Origin: an uncultured Bacteroidota bacterium
GTDB lineage: Bacteria > Bacteroidota > Rhodothermia > Rhodothermales > Rubricoccaceae
DNA: 64,000 nucleotides
NCBI GenBank assembly: GCA_963848075.1
Contig: CAWKCB010000004.1
Span: forward strand, 1,270,376 to 1,334,375
Direction: 5' to 3'
Both the position numbers and the translations under genes were made by a program. Below, in pieces: positions 1-9,049 of the stretch; position 1 is the stretch's first letter; every line of letters starts with the position of its first letter. The notes under the pieces were generated by a model. That model did no database searches and was not told the DNA's origin. It was given only the letters and a program-made list of their open reading frames with translations.

Positions 1-354
1 CGCGTGGCGACGGCGTACCGCGGCCAGTGGACGTACGAGGGCGTCGTCCTCGACCCCCAGCAGTTCAGCGCGTTCAACGTCGGCAGCTCGCGGCGGGCGT
101 CGATCCTGGCCCTCGAGCCGGAGGACCGGTCGCCGAGCTGGCGGCTGGCGCTCCTGATCGCGGCCTACGTCCGGCACGCCCCGTGGTCCCGGCGCCCGTT
201 CGGCGTCACCGTCCGCCACTTCTACAGCGAGGTCTCGATGGTCGGCCGGAGCCACCCGACGTGGGCCCTCGGCGAGACGCCCGTGCGCGCCAACCGGCCG
301 TACGAGGTGGACCCGTACCGCTTCCGCTTCCTCTCCCTTTCTCGCGAGCTCTGA
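1..354 (+). CDS. C-terminal fragment of a hypothetical protein (gene begins upstream of the window)
   Basis: Reading frame is open to the window edge, with stop TGA at 352-354. Amino-acid composition is natural rather than the R/P/G bias of shadow frames. No domain recognised. Confidence 0.55.
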   Translation, partial: RVATAYRGQWTYEGVVLDPQQFSAFNVGSSRRASILALEPEDRSPSWRLALLIAAYVRHAPWSRRPFGVTVRHFYSEVSMVGRSHPTWALGETPVRANRPYEVDPYRFRFLSLSREL

Positions 355-366
355 CCCGCCGTCCCC

Positions 367-678
367 ATGCCGTACACGCCCACGACCGCCTCCGTCCGCG
401 ACGACGCCCACACCTCCGACGGCCCTCCGATGGCGTTGGTGCTCAGCGTCGCCGCGTCGCTCGTGTCCTTGCTGGCGGTCGTCGCCGGTTTCGCACTCGT
501 AGCCGCCTCGCTGATGGGCGTGGAGACCGTCTCGCTCGGGTGGGGCGCCGGCTTGTGCGTAGGGGGGTGGGCGCTGGCCGCCGCCGTTCGCGAGCGGGTG
601 GGGGGGCTGATCTCGCGGGGCGAGACGGACTTGCCCTCCCAGGACACCCCGTGGCCCGTCGCCCACGAGGCGAGCTAG
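367..678 (+). CDS. small membrane protein, hypothetical
   Basis: 103-aa ORF starting 12 nt after the upstream stop. Two hydrophobic helices are visible (LVLSVAASLVSLLAVVAGFALVAASL and GAGLCVGGWALAAAV). Confidence 0.5.
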   Translation: MPYTPTTASVRDDAHTSDGPPMALVLSVAASLVSLLAVVAGFALVAASLMGVETVSLGWGAGLCVGGWALAAAVRERVGGLISRGETDLPSQDTPWPVAHEAS

Positions 679-682
679 CCCC

Positions 683-1390
683 GTGGCCCTCGTCCTCCCC
701 GTCGGCCACTTCGACGCGGGCCTCGGGGCGGGGTCGCGCGCGGCCCCCGTCACGGCCCTCTTCGCGCTCTTGTGCGCGTTCGTGTTTATCGGGCCGCAGG
801 ACCAAGGCCGGGACGGCACGTGGGCGCAGAGTCTCGGCGCGGTGCCGTCGGACGTCGTGGCGTCTCTCGGAGGCCGGGCAGCCGGGGACGAGCCGTCCCA
901 CGACGTGTGGCCCCCGCTGACGCTGGCGACCTCACTCGTGGTGCACGCCAGCTGGGCCCACCTGTTCTACAACGTGGTCGCTCTCTGGGTGTTCGGGACC
1001 GCGATCGAGCGCGTCGCCGGGAGTGGGCCGGCGCTCCTCCTGTACCTCGGCGGCGGCGTGCTGGCGTCGCTTGGCGAGGTCGCGTTTTCGGCCGGGTCCG
1101 CGGTCCCCATCGTCGGGGCCTCAGGTGCGGTGGCGGTGGCGGCCGGCGCGTTCGCGGTCGGGTTCCCGCGGTCACGCGTTGTCGTGGCGGTCTTGTTCCT
1201 GACCGTGCCGATTCCGGCCTGGGTCGCGCTGGGAGCGTGGGCGGCGCTCGAGGTCGTGGTGGGGATGGGACGGGGCGGTGGGGACGTCGCCCACGTCGCG
1301 CACCTGTGCGGATTCGTCTTGGGCGGCCTCGCGGCATGGACAGTGCCGTTCCGCCAAAAACGGAGTTTAGACGCGGATTCTGGTTCCTGA
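683..1390 (+). CDS. rhomboid family intramembrane serine protease
   Basis: GASGAVAVAAGAF (GxSG catalytic Ser) and HVAHLCGFVLGG (catalytic His) lie in a polytopic hydrophobic protein. GTG start at 683. Confidence 0.85.
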   Translation: MALVLPVGHFDAGLGAGSRAAPVTALFALLCAFVFIGPQDQGRDGTWAQSLGAVPSDVVASLGGRAAGDEPSHDVWPPLTLATSLVVHASWAHLFYNVVALWVFGTAIERVAGSGPALLLYLGGGVLASLGEVAFSAGSAVPIVGASGAVAVAAGAFAVGFPRSRVVVAVLFLTVPIPAWVALGAWAALEVVVGMGRGGGDVAHVAHLCGFVLGGLAAWTVPFRQKRSLDADSGS

Positions 1391-1501
1391 GGTTCACCTG
1401 AGGATTGCGGTTCCACTCCTCCGCATCAGCTTTTTTGCAGATTCAGCACATAACGTTGCAGCGCTGACCGACCTGGCCCTCTCCCCCAACCCACCACACC
1501 C

Positions 1502-2014
1502 GTGTTCCAGGAACTGCCCGCGTTCCCGTGCCCGCGTTGCCACGAACGAGCGTTCACCAAGCGCGCCGTCGAGAACGACGCTCCCGCATCGTCGGGGACC
1601 GTCCTCACGCATCTCCACCTCTGCCATGCCTGCGGTGAGAACTACCTCTCGACCGTCCACGTCGGCCCCGACGACGTGCGGACGGAGACGTGGGATTACT
1701 ACCTCGACCGCGAGACGTCCCTGCGTCGGATCCGCCGGTACGAGCCCTCCGGACCGCACCGGTTGGTCGAGCAAGACCCCGTGTTCATCGTCGGGACGGA
1801 GACGGTGACGGAGGCGTCTTGGCGCGCCGCTCTCGAGACCACCCGGGGGGCCACGTCCCTCCTCCTCGACGAGGACCCGCAGCTGGAGCCGGCTCTCTCG
1901 GCGTTCGTCGAGCGCTGGCTCGCGTGGTGGTCGCGGACGGCCCGCCCCCACGCCACGATGTCCCCCATGTCCCCTCCCACCGGCCTCGGCTCCTTCCACC
2001 GCCGCGCCGCCTAG
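1502..2014 (+). CDS. hypothetical protein with N-terminal four-Cys zinc-ribbon pattern
   Basis: GTG-start 170-aa ORF with CPRC ... CHAC spacing near the N-terminus and native-like GC3-rich codons. No family recognised. Confidence 0.55.
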   Translation: MFQELPAFPCPRCHERAFTKRAVENDAPASSGTVLTHLHLCHACGENYLSTVHVGPDDVRTETWDYYLDRETSLRRIRRYEPSGPHRLVEQDPVFIVGTETVTEASWRAALETTRGATSLLLDEDPQLEPALSAFVERWLAWWSRTARPHATMSPMSPPTGLGSFHRRAA

Positions 2015-2026
2015 CTCTCCCTCCTC

Positions 2027-2893
2027 ATGGCCACGTCTACAGACATCCTTGGGACTCTTCCCGAATACAGTAAGGGTACAGACTTGCCCGAGTCTAACCT
2101 CTCAGCCACGACTGGCGCCTCCTCTACTCCCGGTCCCCAAGACCCGAGCTTCGAGCAGACTCAACGCGCCGTGCACGAGGGGCAGATGGCCAATAAGGGG
2201 GACCGCCAGGAAGCCATCAAAGAGGCCATCCGCACCTCGGAGCTCAGCGGCCGCAATCCCTTCAACGAAATCCGCGAGGGCACCCTGGCCGCCGCTGATG
2301 GAACGCCTCTGCTTGAGTCGATCAATCCGGGACGCCTGACTGAAATGGCGGGTCAGTACGCGAGTGACCTGCACAAGCGCGCGGAGAGTGTAGGCGAACC
2401 CCTCAGCAAGGAGGGAAAACAGATGTCGGACCAGACAGACTTCATCAAGAACGCCGTCGAGAAGGTCTACGTCGATCCCGAAGGCGTGCTCGGTAGGTAC
2501 GAAGAGCATTCGTCGGCAGGCCATCAGGTTGGCTTGACCGATCTCGGCGACCTGCGCAAGGACGCCCCCGAGGAGCTCCTCGACGAGGGGCTCCTCACCA
2601 AAGCGCTCGCCGCCAACGAGGAGATCAGGAACCGCAACCCTGAGTTGGTGGCCGCCACCGAGGCGGCCCGCGAGCGAGTCCGGGATCAGAAGCAGGCCGA
2701 GACGCTGCTGAACGAGATCGAGCCGCATGGCCGAACGTCCGAGGCTCGGGGAGGTCCCGAGCAGGGCTCCGGGTTCTATCCCAAACCGGAAAACGCTTTC
2801 AAGCCGGGAACGGGAGTTGGCGGCGCAGACAGTCTGATAGAGAGACAGGCCAAGAGCATCGAGGGGTACGCTACGATGGTCCCACAGCTCTAG
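2027..2893 (+). CDS. hypothetical hydrophilic/acidic protein, low-GC gene
   Basis: 288-aa ORF starting 13 nt after the previous stop. It has no TM segments, no recognisable domain, and is rich in E/K/D/T. Hand count of 2041-2100 gives 30/60 GC, against about 75% in the flanks. Confidence 0.55.
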   Translation: MATSTDILGTLPEYSKGTDLPESNLSATTGASSTPGPQDPSFEQTQRAVHEGQMANKGDRQEAIKEAIRTSELSGRNPFNEIREGTLAAADGTPLLESINPGRLTEMAGQYASDLHKRAESVGEPLSKEGKQMSDQTDFIKNAVEKVYVDPEGVLGRYEEHSSAGHQVGLTDLGDLRKDAPEELLDEGLLTKALAANEEIRNRNPELVAATEAARERVRDQKQAETLLNEIEPHGRTSEARGGPEQGSGFYPKPENAFKPGTGVGGADSLIERQAKSIEGYATMVPQL

Positions 2894-2924
2894 CCGCCTG
2901 GTCCGTTTTGTTGGCCGTTCGCGG

Positions 2925-3758
2925 TCACTCCTCCGCTTTCGCTGCGTCCCACAGTGCGTCCATCTGGGCCAGTGTCGCGTCGCCCTCGCCCAACCCGACC
3001 TCGACGGCGCGGAACCGGCGCGAGAACTTGGCCACGGTCCGCCGCAACGCCGTCTCCGGCACGACGCCCCGCAGCCGGGCGTAGTTGACGACGGCGAAGA
3101 GCAAGTCGCCGACCTCGTCTTCGAGCTGGTCCGCCGTCTCGGCCCCGCGCACCTCGTCGGCCTCCTCGGTCACCTTGGCCCAAGCGTCGTCGGCCGTCGG
3201 GAAGTCGAAGCCGATGGCGGCGGCCTTTTCCTGGACTCGCTCGGCACGGAGCAGCGCCGGCAGCGTGTCCGGCACGCCGTCGAGCGCCGACGGCGGAGCC
3301 TCTGTCTCGCCGGCCTCGACGCGCTCGGCGCGTTTGATGGCCTCCCAGTTGCGAAGCACGTCGCCCGTCCCGGACACGACCTCGTCGCCGAACACGTGGG
3401 GGTGGCGGCGGACCAGCTTCGTCATCTCGGCCCGCATCACGTCGGCCAGGTCGAACGTCCCGTTGGTCTCGGCGATGTGGGCGTGGAACAGGACGTGGAG
3501 GAACAGGTCGCCGAGCTCTTTCGAGACCTCGCCCGGGTCGCCCGCGTCGATGGCGTCGACCAGCTCGTAGGCCTCCTCGATGGTGAGGTGCTTGGTCGAG
3601 TCGTGGGTCTGGGCGACGTCCCACGGGCACTCGCGGCGGAGCCGGCGGACGATGGCGACGAAGTCTTGGAACAGGCCGGCGTGGGCGGCGGCGCGGTCGG
3701 CGTCGGACAGGCCGAGCGCGGCGACGTCGTAGGGGAACGTGTGACGGACGGGTGGCAC
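2925..3758 (-). CDS. mazG: nucleoside triphosphate pyrophosphohydrolase MazG
   Basis: Tandem MazG-type layout with CPWDVAQTH, EEAYELVDAI, ELGDLFLHVLFHA and RHPHVFGD motifs. GTG start. Confidence 0.9.
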   Translation of the reverse strand: MPPVRHTFPYDVAALGLSDADRAAAHAGLFQDFVAIVRRLRRECPWDVAQTHDSTKHLTIEEAYELVDAIDAGDPGEVSKELGDLFLHVLFHAHIAETNGTFDLADVMRAEMTKLVRRHPHVFGDEVVSGTGDVLRNWEAIKRAERVEAGETEAPPSALDGVPDTLPALLRAERVQEKAAAIGFDFPTADDAWAKVTEEADEVRGAETADQLEDEVGDLLFAVVNYARLRGVVPETALRRTVAKFSRRFRAVEVGLGEGDATLAQMDALWDAAKAEE

Positions 3759-3922
3759 GGGGGGCGCGGTATTTTTGATGCGTGGAGGTTACGTCTCGGC
3801 CTGTGCCGGGGTCTATCCTCCACCGCTCGCTTCGGCGGGCACCGAACGGCCGGCCGGACTTTCCCGGACCGGCGGACTCATGTCTCAGGGGGCCACCCGC
3901 GCCCCCGCACACCCCCAGCCTC

Positions 3923-4426
3923 ATGGCACGCGGAATCAACAAAGTCATCCTGGTCGGCAACCTCGGCGCCGACCCCGAGCTCCGGTACACCGGCAGCGGC
4001 ACGGCCGTCTGCAACTTCTCGGTCGCCACGACCGAGTCCTACAAGGACCGCGACGGCAACCAGGTCGAGAACACCGAGTGGCACCGGGTCGTGGCCTGGG
4101 CCCGGCTCGCGGAGATCTGTGGCGAGTACCTCTCGAAGGGCCGCCAGGTCTACATCGAGGGCCAGCTCCAGACCCGCCAGTGGGAGGACAAGGACGGCAA
4201 CACGAAGTACACGACCGAGATCAAGGCCCGCGAGATGCAGATGCTCGGGAGCCGCGACGGCGGCGGCGGATCGAGCGACGACGGCGACAGCTACGACCAG
4301 TCGCCACGGCCGCAGCGTCAGGCGTCGAGCAACGGCGGCAACGGCGGCGACCGGCCCCAAAAGGCCGCGGCCTCCGGGCCCGCCGACGACTACTCGTTCG
4401 AGCCCGACGATGATTTGCCATTTTAA
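3923..4426 (+). CDS. ssb: single-stranded DNA-binding protein
   Basis: [25 protein letters not shown]-fold N-terminus, Gly-rich linker, and C-terminal acidic tip DDDLPF. ATG at 3923 chosen inside the longer track ORF. Confidence 0.95.
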   Translation: MARGINKVILVGNLGADPELRYTGSGTAVCNFSVATTESYKDRDGNQVENTEWHRVVAWARLAEICGEYLSKGRQVYIEGQLQTRQWEDKDGNTKYTTEIKAREMQMLGSRDGGGGSSDDGDSYDQSPRPQRQASSNGGNGGDRPQKAAASGPADDYSFEPDDDLPF

Positions 4427-4447
4427 CCTGTACTTGGAAGAACGAAC

Positions 4448-4490
4448 GGAGGGGAGTGTCGCTCAGGTGGCCCTCCCCTCCAGTGTTTTT
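4448..4490 (+). terminator. putative rho-independent terminator of ssb
   Basis: Perfect 9-bp stem GGAGGGGAG (4448-4456) / CTCCCCTCC (4473-4481) with a 16-nt loop, followed by GTGTTTTT. Confidence 0.65.
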
Positions 4491-4495
4491 AGACG

Positions 4496-5056
4496 ATGGA
4501 GAAACCCTGTATTGCTTGCGGCCAGGTCAAGCCGATTGGTGCGTACTACCAGCATCCCCGGATGGCTGACGGCCACTTGAACAAGTGCAAGGAGTGCCAG
4601 AAGGCGTCGTCGAGGAAGACGTATCGGTTGCGAAGCCGGGATCCCGAGTGGGTCGAGGCTCAGCGGGCTCGCCACCGCGAGAAGTACCACCGTCTCGGTG
4701 ATCGCTGGAATGTGGACGCCACATCGAAGCGGAAAGTCAGAGCCCGCTACTCGCGTCGCTACCCGTACAAAATCCTGGCGGCGGCGGCAGCAGCTGAGGT
4801 CATCGTTCCAGACGGCCGCCAGCGCCACCACTGGTCGTACAGGGAAGAACACTGGACGGACATCATCCCTCTCCGGACCGCGCCTCATAAGAGATTGCAT
4901 CGCTTCCTCCTCTTCGACCCCGACACACGAATGTTCAGGACGAAGCCTGGAGGCGATCTTCTCGACACGAAGGCTGCGCACCTCCAATTCGCCCTGTCCA
5001 TCCTTAGGCTCTGCGAGTTGGATCAGCCGAACTCAGGCCGTAGAGAAATGCCATAG
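4496..5056 (+). CDS. HNH endonuclease-like protein with N-terminal CxxC...CxxC zinc finger (phage/homing type)
   Basis: CIACGQVKPIGAYYQHPRMADGHLNKCKEC resembles the zinc-finger head of phage HNH endonucleases. RHHWSY...DIIPL...HKRLH fits an HNH-type His/Asp pattern. Lower GC (35/60 at 4861-4920). Confidence 0.6.
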   Translation: MEKPCIACGQVKPIGAYYQHPRMADGHLNKCKECQKASSRKTYRLRSRDPEWVEAQRARHREKYHRLGDRWNVDATSKRKVRARYSRRYPYKILAAAAAAEVIVPDGRQRHHWSYREEHWTDIIPLRTAPHKRLHRFLLFDPDTRMFRTKPGGDLLDTKAAHLQFALSILRLCELDQPNSGRREMP

Positions 5057-5117
5057 GGCGCGCCAGCTGAGTTCATGCGATAGGGCCCCACCCGAGCCGC
5101 GTGCCTCGGTGAAAGAC

Positions 5118-5152
5118 GAAGACAGGCGCCGGACCCCCAGGCGCCTATCTTC
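5118..5152 (+). terminator. stem-loop downstream of the HNH gene (weak terminator candidate)
   Basis: 13-bp stem GAAGACAGGCGCC / GGCGCCTATCTTC with one mismatch and a 9-nt loop. No clear U tract follows. Confidence 0.3.
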
Positions 5153-5215
5153 GTTCGACCGGCTCCCGCCGGGCCCTCAGGGCTCCGGCCCGTTGTCTCG
5201 CCAGGTCCGCCCACC

Positions 5216-6571
5216 TTGGACCCCGACTCTAGTCTGGCCCTCGCGGCCCTCCCCCTCGCCGACGTGCTCCCTGGCCTGACCGGCCTGGCGGTTCAGATCG
5301 GCGCGTTCGTGCTCCTGCTGGCGCTGTCGGCTCTGTTCTCGGGGTCCGAAGTCGCCCTGTTCTCGGTCACCACGGCCGACCGGGAGGCCCTGGCCGACGA
5401 GGCGGCGGCGGACGCGGCCCGGGTGGTCCGGCTGCTCGACCGGCCCCGACGGCTGCTGGCGGCCGTCCTGCTGCTGAACACGGTCGTCAACGTAGGCGCG
5501 GCGATCCTGTCGACCCAGCTCATGCTGACGGCGGCCGAGGCGTTCGGGTGGAGCCGGCTGGCGGCGCTGGCGGCCAACGTGGTCGGGCTGACGTTCATCC
5601 TGCTGGTGACGAGCGAGATCGCGCCCAAGCTTATCGCGAGCCGCCAGCCGGTCCGGTTCGCCCGAACCGTGTCGGGGCTGCTGTCGCCCCTCGTCCGCGC
5701 GGTGACGCCCATCGCGGACCTGCTCGCGGCGATGGCGACGGCGGTCCAGGCCCGGTTCCGGACCGAGGCCGAGCCGTTGTCGTCGGCCGACATCAAGTCG
5801 ATGGCCGACGTCGGCGAGGCCGAGGGGTCGATCGGTGAGGAGGAGCGGGCGCTGATCCACTCGATCGTCGAGTTCGGCGAGACGACCGTCCGCGAGGTCA
5901 TGGTGAGCCGGGTCGACATGCAGGCGCTCAGCGCCGACGCCGACCTCGAGGCGGCGCTCGACCTGATCCGCGCGAGCGGCCACAGCCGGTTCCCGCTCTA
6001 CCGCGAGCACCTCGACAACGTGCTCGGGGTCGTCTACGCGAAGGACCTGCTGCCGTCGCTCGACGGCGCCGGCCGGACGCCCGACTGGGCCGCCATCGCC
6101 CGGCGCCCGCTCTTCGTCCCACCCGGCAAGGCGCTCGACGACATGCTGGCCGACTTCCAGGGGTCCAACACCCACATGGCCATCGTCGTCGACGAGTACG
6201 GTGGGACGGCCGGGCTGGTCACCCTAGAGGACCTGCTGGAGGAGGTCGTCGGCGAGATCCGCGACGAGTTCGACGCCGAGCACGAGCGGCTCGTGGTGGC
6301 CGTCGCGCCCGGCGTGTTCCGGGCCGAGGCCCGTGTCGACCTGGACGACCTGGCCGAGGCCGTCGGCGTGGAGATGGAGACGGACGGGTACGACTTCGAG
6401 ACGCTGGGCGGATTGATCTTGCACCTCACCGGCGACATCCCGTCGCCCGGCGACGAGGTCCGCCACGAGGGGCTGCTGCTGCGCGTCGAGGGCGTCGAGG
6501 ACAACCGGATCCTGGGCGTCCGCGTCGAGCACGTGCTGGAGCCGGAGACGCCCGAGGCCCCCGAGCCATGA
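5216..6571 (+). CDS. CNNM/CorC-HlyC family protein (DUF21 + CBS pair + CorC_HlyC; GldE-like)
   Basis: N-terminal TM domain with SGSEVALFSV, a CBS pair (VREVMVSRVDM..., HMAIVVDEYGGTAGLVTLEDLLEEVVGEI), and a C-terminal CorC_HlyC-like segment. TTG start. Confidence 0.85.
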   Translation: MDPDSSLALAALPLADVLPGLTGLAVQIGAFVLLLALSALFSGSEVALFSVTTADREALADEAAADAARVVRLLDRPRRLLAAVLLLNTVVNVGAAILSTQLMLTAAEAFGWSRLAALAANVVGLTFILLVTSEIAPKLIASRQPVRFARTVSGLLSPLVRAVTPIADLLAAMATAVQARFRTEAEPLSSADIKSMADVGEAEGSIGEEERALIHSIVEFGETTVREVMVSRVDMQALSADADLEAALDLIRASGHSRFPLYREHLDNVLGVVYAKDLLPSLDGAGRTPDWAAIARRPLFVPPGKALDDMLADFQGSNTHMAIVVDEYGGTAGLVTLEDLLEEVVGEIRDEFDAEHERLVVAVAPGVFRAEARVDLDDLAEAVGVEMETDGYDFETLGGLILHLTGDIPSPGDEVRHEGLLLRVEGVEDNRILGVRVEHVLEPETPEAPEP

Positions 6572-7425
6572 TCCGCGCGCTCGCGCTCCTCCTCGCCCTC
6601 GCCGCCTGTGCCCAGCCGGACCTCCCGGCCCCGTCGCCCGGCGAGCCGTCCGCTCTGGCCCCGCGCGACTCCGTCGCCGACTGGTCGGCTGCGTTCCGTG
6701 CCGAGGGCGCCGTCGGGACCTTCGTGCTGCTCGACACCCAAACGGGCCGGACGACGCGGCACGACCCGGACCGCGCGGCCACCCGGTTCAGCCCGGCCTC
6801 GACGTCGAAGGTGTTCAACAGCTTGGTGGTCCTCGACCGAGGCGTCGTCGCCGACGTCGACTCGCTCTACGCGTGGGACGGCGTCGAGCGGAGCGTCCCG
6901 CAGTGGAACCAGGACCACTCGCTGCGGACCGGCGTGCAGGTCTCGGCGGTGTGGCTGTTCCAGAGGCTCGCGCGCCGGGTCGGCCGCGACGGCTACGCCG
7001 CCGTCTTCGCACGCGAGCGCTACGGCAATAGCGCCTTGAGCGACTCGCTCGAGCTGTCGTGGCTCGACGGGACCTGGCGGATCTCGGCCGACGAGCAGGT
7101 CGTGTTCCTAGACCGCCTCCGCCGGGGCGACCTGGCGTTCTCGGACGACGACCAGGCGACGGTCCGCGACCTCGTGCCGGTGCTGGCGGAGGGCGGAGGC
7201 ACGAGGGTGACGGGCAAGACCGGGTGGGGGCAGCCGGACGGCGAGCCCGACATCGGGTGGATCGTCGGCTGGGTCGAGCGGGCGGAGGGCGACGTGGTGT
7301 TCGCGATGAACGCCGAGGCGGCCCCGGGCGAGACGTTCGACGTCGGGCCAGGGCGGCTGCGGATCGTCCGGTCGGTTTTGGACGGCGAGGGCTTGTGGCC
7401 GGCTGAGAAGGGGGAGGCGCCGTAG
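6568..7425 (+). CDS. class D (OXA-like) beta-lactamase / penicillin-binding lipoprotein
   Basis: Lipobox LALAAC. Motifs SPASTSK (SxxK), SAV, YGN, KTGWG and GWIVGW occur in OXA order. ATGA overlap with the upstream gene. Confidence 0.8.
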   Translation: MIRALALLLALAACAQPDLPAPSPGEPSALAPRDSVADWSAAFRAEGAVGTFVLLDTQTGRTTRHDPDRAATRFSPASTSKVFNSLVVLDRGVVADVDSLYAWDGVERSVPQWNQDHSLRTGVQVSAVWLFQRLARRVGRDGYAAVFARERYGNSALSDSLELSWLDGTWRISADEQVVFLDRLRRGDLAFSDDDQATVRDLVPVLAEGGGTRVTGKTGWGQPDGEPDIGWIVGWVERAEGDVVFAMNAEAAPGETFDVGPGRLRIVRSVLDGEGLWPAEKGEAP

Positions 7426-7458
7426 CTTCGGGCCTTCACACCCGCGCCATCTTCGCCT

Positions 7459-9045
7459 GTGCCCGACGTCACCCCCAACGACTCCGCCGACGCCGTCGAG
7501 CGTGGCGTCTGGTCCTCGAAACTCGGCTTCGTCCTCGCCGCGAGCGGCTCGGCCATCGGGCTCGGCAACATCGTGTTCTTCGCGTCGAACGCCTACCAGT
7601 TCGGTGGCGGCGCGTTCTACGTCCCGTACTTCATCGCGCTCTTCGCCCTCGGCATCCCCGTGATGATCGCCGAGTTCAGCCTGGGCACGCTGACCGGGCG
7701 GAGCTTCCCGATGGCGCTCTCGGCCGTCGTCGGGAAGAGGGGCGAGTTCGTCGGGTGGTGGTCGCTCGCGAGCGCGCTCTTCATCACGATGTACTACGTC
7801 ACGATCCTGAGTTGGGCGCTGTGCATGATGGTCGGGGCCCTCTTCGGACTGCTCGAGCCCGGCGCGACGGCGCCGTTCGCCCCGTTCGCCGAACCGAGCG
7901 AGGGCCCGAACGCGACGGCCTACTTCTTCGGCATCCTGGCCTCGTGGTGGCCGATGATCGGCGTCGTGGCCATCTGGGCGGTCACGCTGCTGGCCCTCCT
8001 GAAGGGGACCGAGACGATCGAGAAAACGGTCCGCGTGGCGGTCCCGCTGATGTGGCTCTTCATGATCGTCCTGATCATCCGCGGGGTGACGCTGCCGGGC
8101 GGGACGGACGGCGTGCTGTACCTGTTCACGCCTGACCTGGCCGGGATCTCCGAGCCCGGGATCTGGAAGGGGGCCTTCAGCCAGATGTTCTTCTCGCTGT
8201 CGCTCGGGCTGGGCACCATGACGGCCTACGCGAGCTACCTCCCGAAGGACTCGGACCACGTCAACAACTCGTTCATGGTGAGCTTTTTGAACTGCGGGTT
8301 CGAGTACATCGCCGGGATCGCCATCTTCTCGATGCTGTTCGCGTTCTCGCTGAACCCGGCCGGCTCGTCGATCTCGCTCCCGTTCTTCGTCATCCCCCAG
8401 GGGATCGCGGCGTTCCCGTTCGGGGTCAAGCTGTTCGGGTTCGCGTTCTTCCTGCTCATCGTGATGGCCGGCGTGACGAGTGCGATCTCGCTCGTGGAGG
8501 GGATGGCGAGCGCGATCATCGACAAGATGGGGATCGACCGGAAGAAGGCGCTCCTGATGGTGGCCGTCCCGGGCATCGTCGGCTCGCTCGTCACGGCGCT
8601 CCCGTTCATCGTGGACCCGGGTCTGGGCGAGAACGGGACGGTGGGCCTGAACTTCCTCGACATCCTGGACCACTGGGCGTTCGGGTACAGCCTGCTCACC
8701 GTCGGCCTGATCGAGTGCGTGTTGCTGGGCTGGGTCTTCGGGGCGGGCAACCTGCGGGCGTTCGTGAACGAGAACGCCAAGCTCAAGCTCGGGCCGTGGT
8801 TCGACGTCTTCCTCCGGTTCATCATCCCGGCACTCCTCCTCACCGTGATCCTGTGGAACCTGTACATCGACCTGGTGGAGGGCCCGCTCTACGGGTCGAC
8901 CTACCCGCTCGGGTTCGTGGACTGGTTCCCCGTCGTGGTCCCCCTCGTCTGGATCTTCGGCACCTTGGGCCTCGCGACCTACCTCACCCGTCAGCGGTCG
9001 GCGCCGGACCCGGCCGAGCCCGCCATCGCCACCTTCGAGGGCTAA
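7459..9045 (+). CDS. sodium-dependent transporter, neurotransmitter:sodium symporter (SNF/NSS) family
   Basis: WSSKLGFVLAASGSAIGLGNIVFF ... GGGAFYVPYFIALFALGIPVMIAEFSLG signature in a roughly 12-TM protein. GTG start. Confidence 0.9.
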   Translation: MPDVTPNDSADAVERGVWSSKLGFVLAASGSAIGLGNIVFFASNAYQFGGGAFYVPYFIALFALGIPVMIAEFSLGTLTGRSFPMALSAVVGKRGEFVGWWSLASALFITMYYVTILSWALCMMVGALFGLLEPGATAPFAPFAEPSEGPNATAYFFGILASWWPMIGVVAIWAVTLLALLKGTETIEKTVRVAVPLMWLFMIVLIIRGVTLPGGTDGVLYLFTPDLAGISEPGIWKGAFSQMFFSLSLGLGTMTAYASYLPKDSDHVNNSFMVSFLNCGFEYIAGIAIFSMLFAFSLNPAGSSISLPFFVIPQGIAAFPFGVKLFGFAFFLLIVMAGVTSAISLVEGMASAIIDKMGIDRKKALLMVAVPGIVGSLVTALPFIVDPGLGENGTVGLNFLDILDHWAFGYSLLTVGLIECVLLGWVFGAGNLRAFVNENAKLKLGPWFDVFLRFIIPALLLTVILWNLYIDLVEGPLYGSTYPLGFVDWFPVVVPLVWIFGTLGLATYLTRQRSAPDPAEPAIATFEG

Positions 9046-9049
9046 CCCG

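Noticed and set aside
3770-3777. TATTTTTG, matching the Bacteroidota -7 promoter consensus TAnnTTTG, upstream of ssb
   Set aside because: It is a single occurrence about 145 nt from the ssb start with no matching -33 TTTG. I found no comparable motif upstream of other genes, so it is not supportable as a promoter call.
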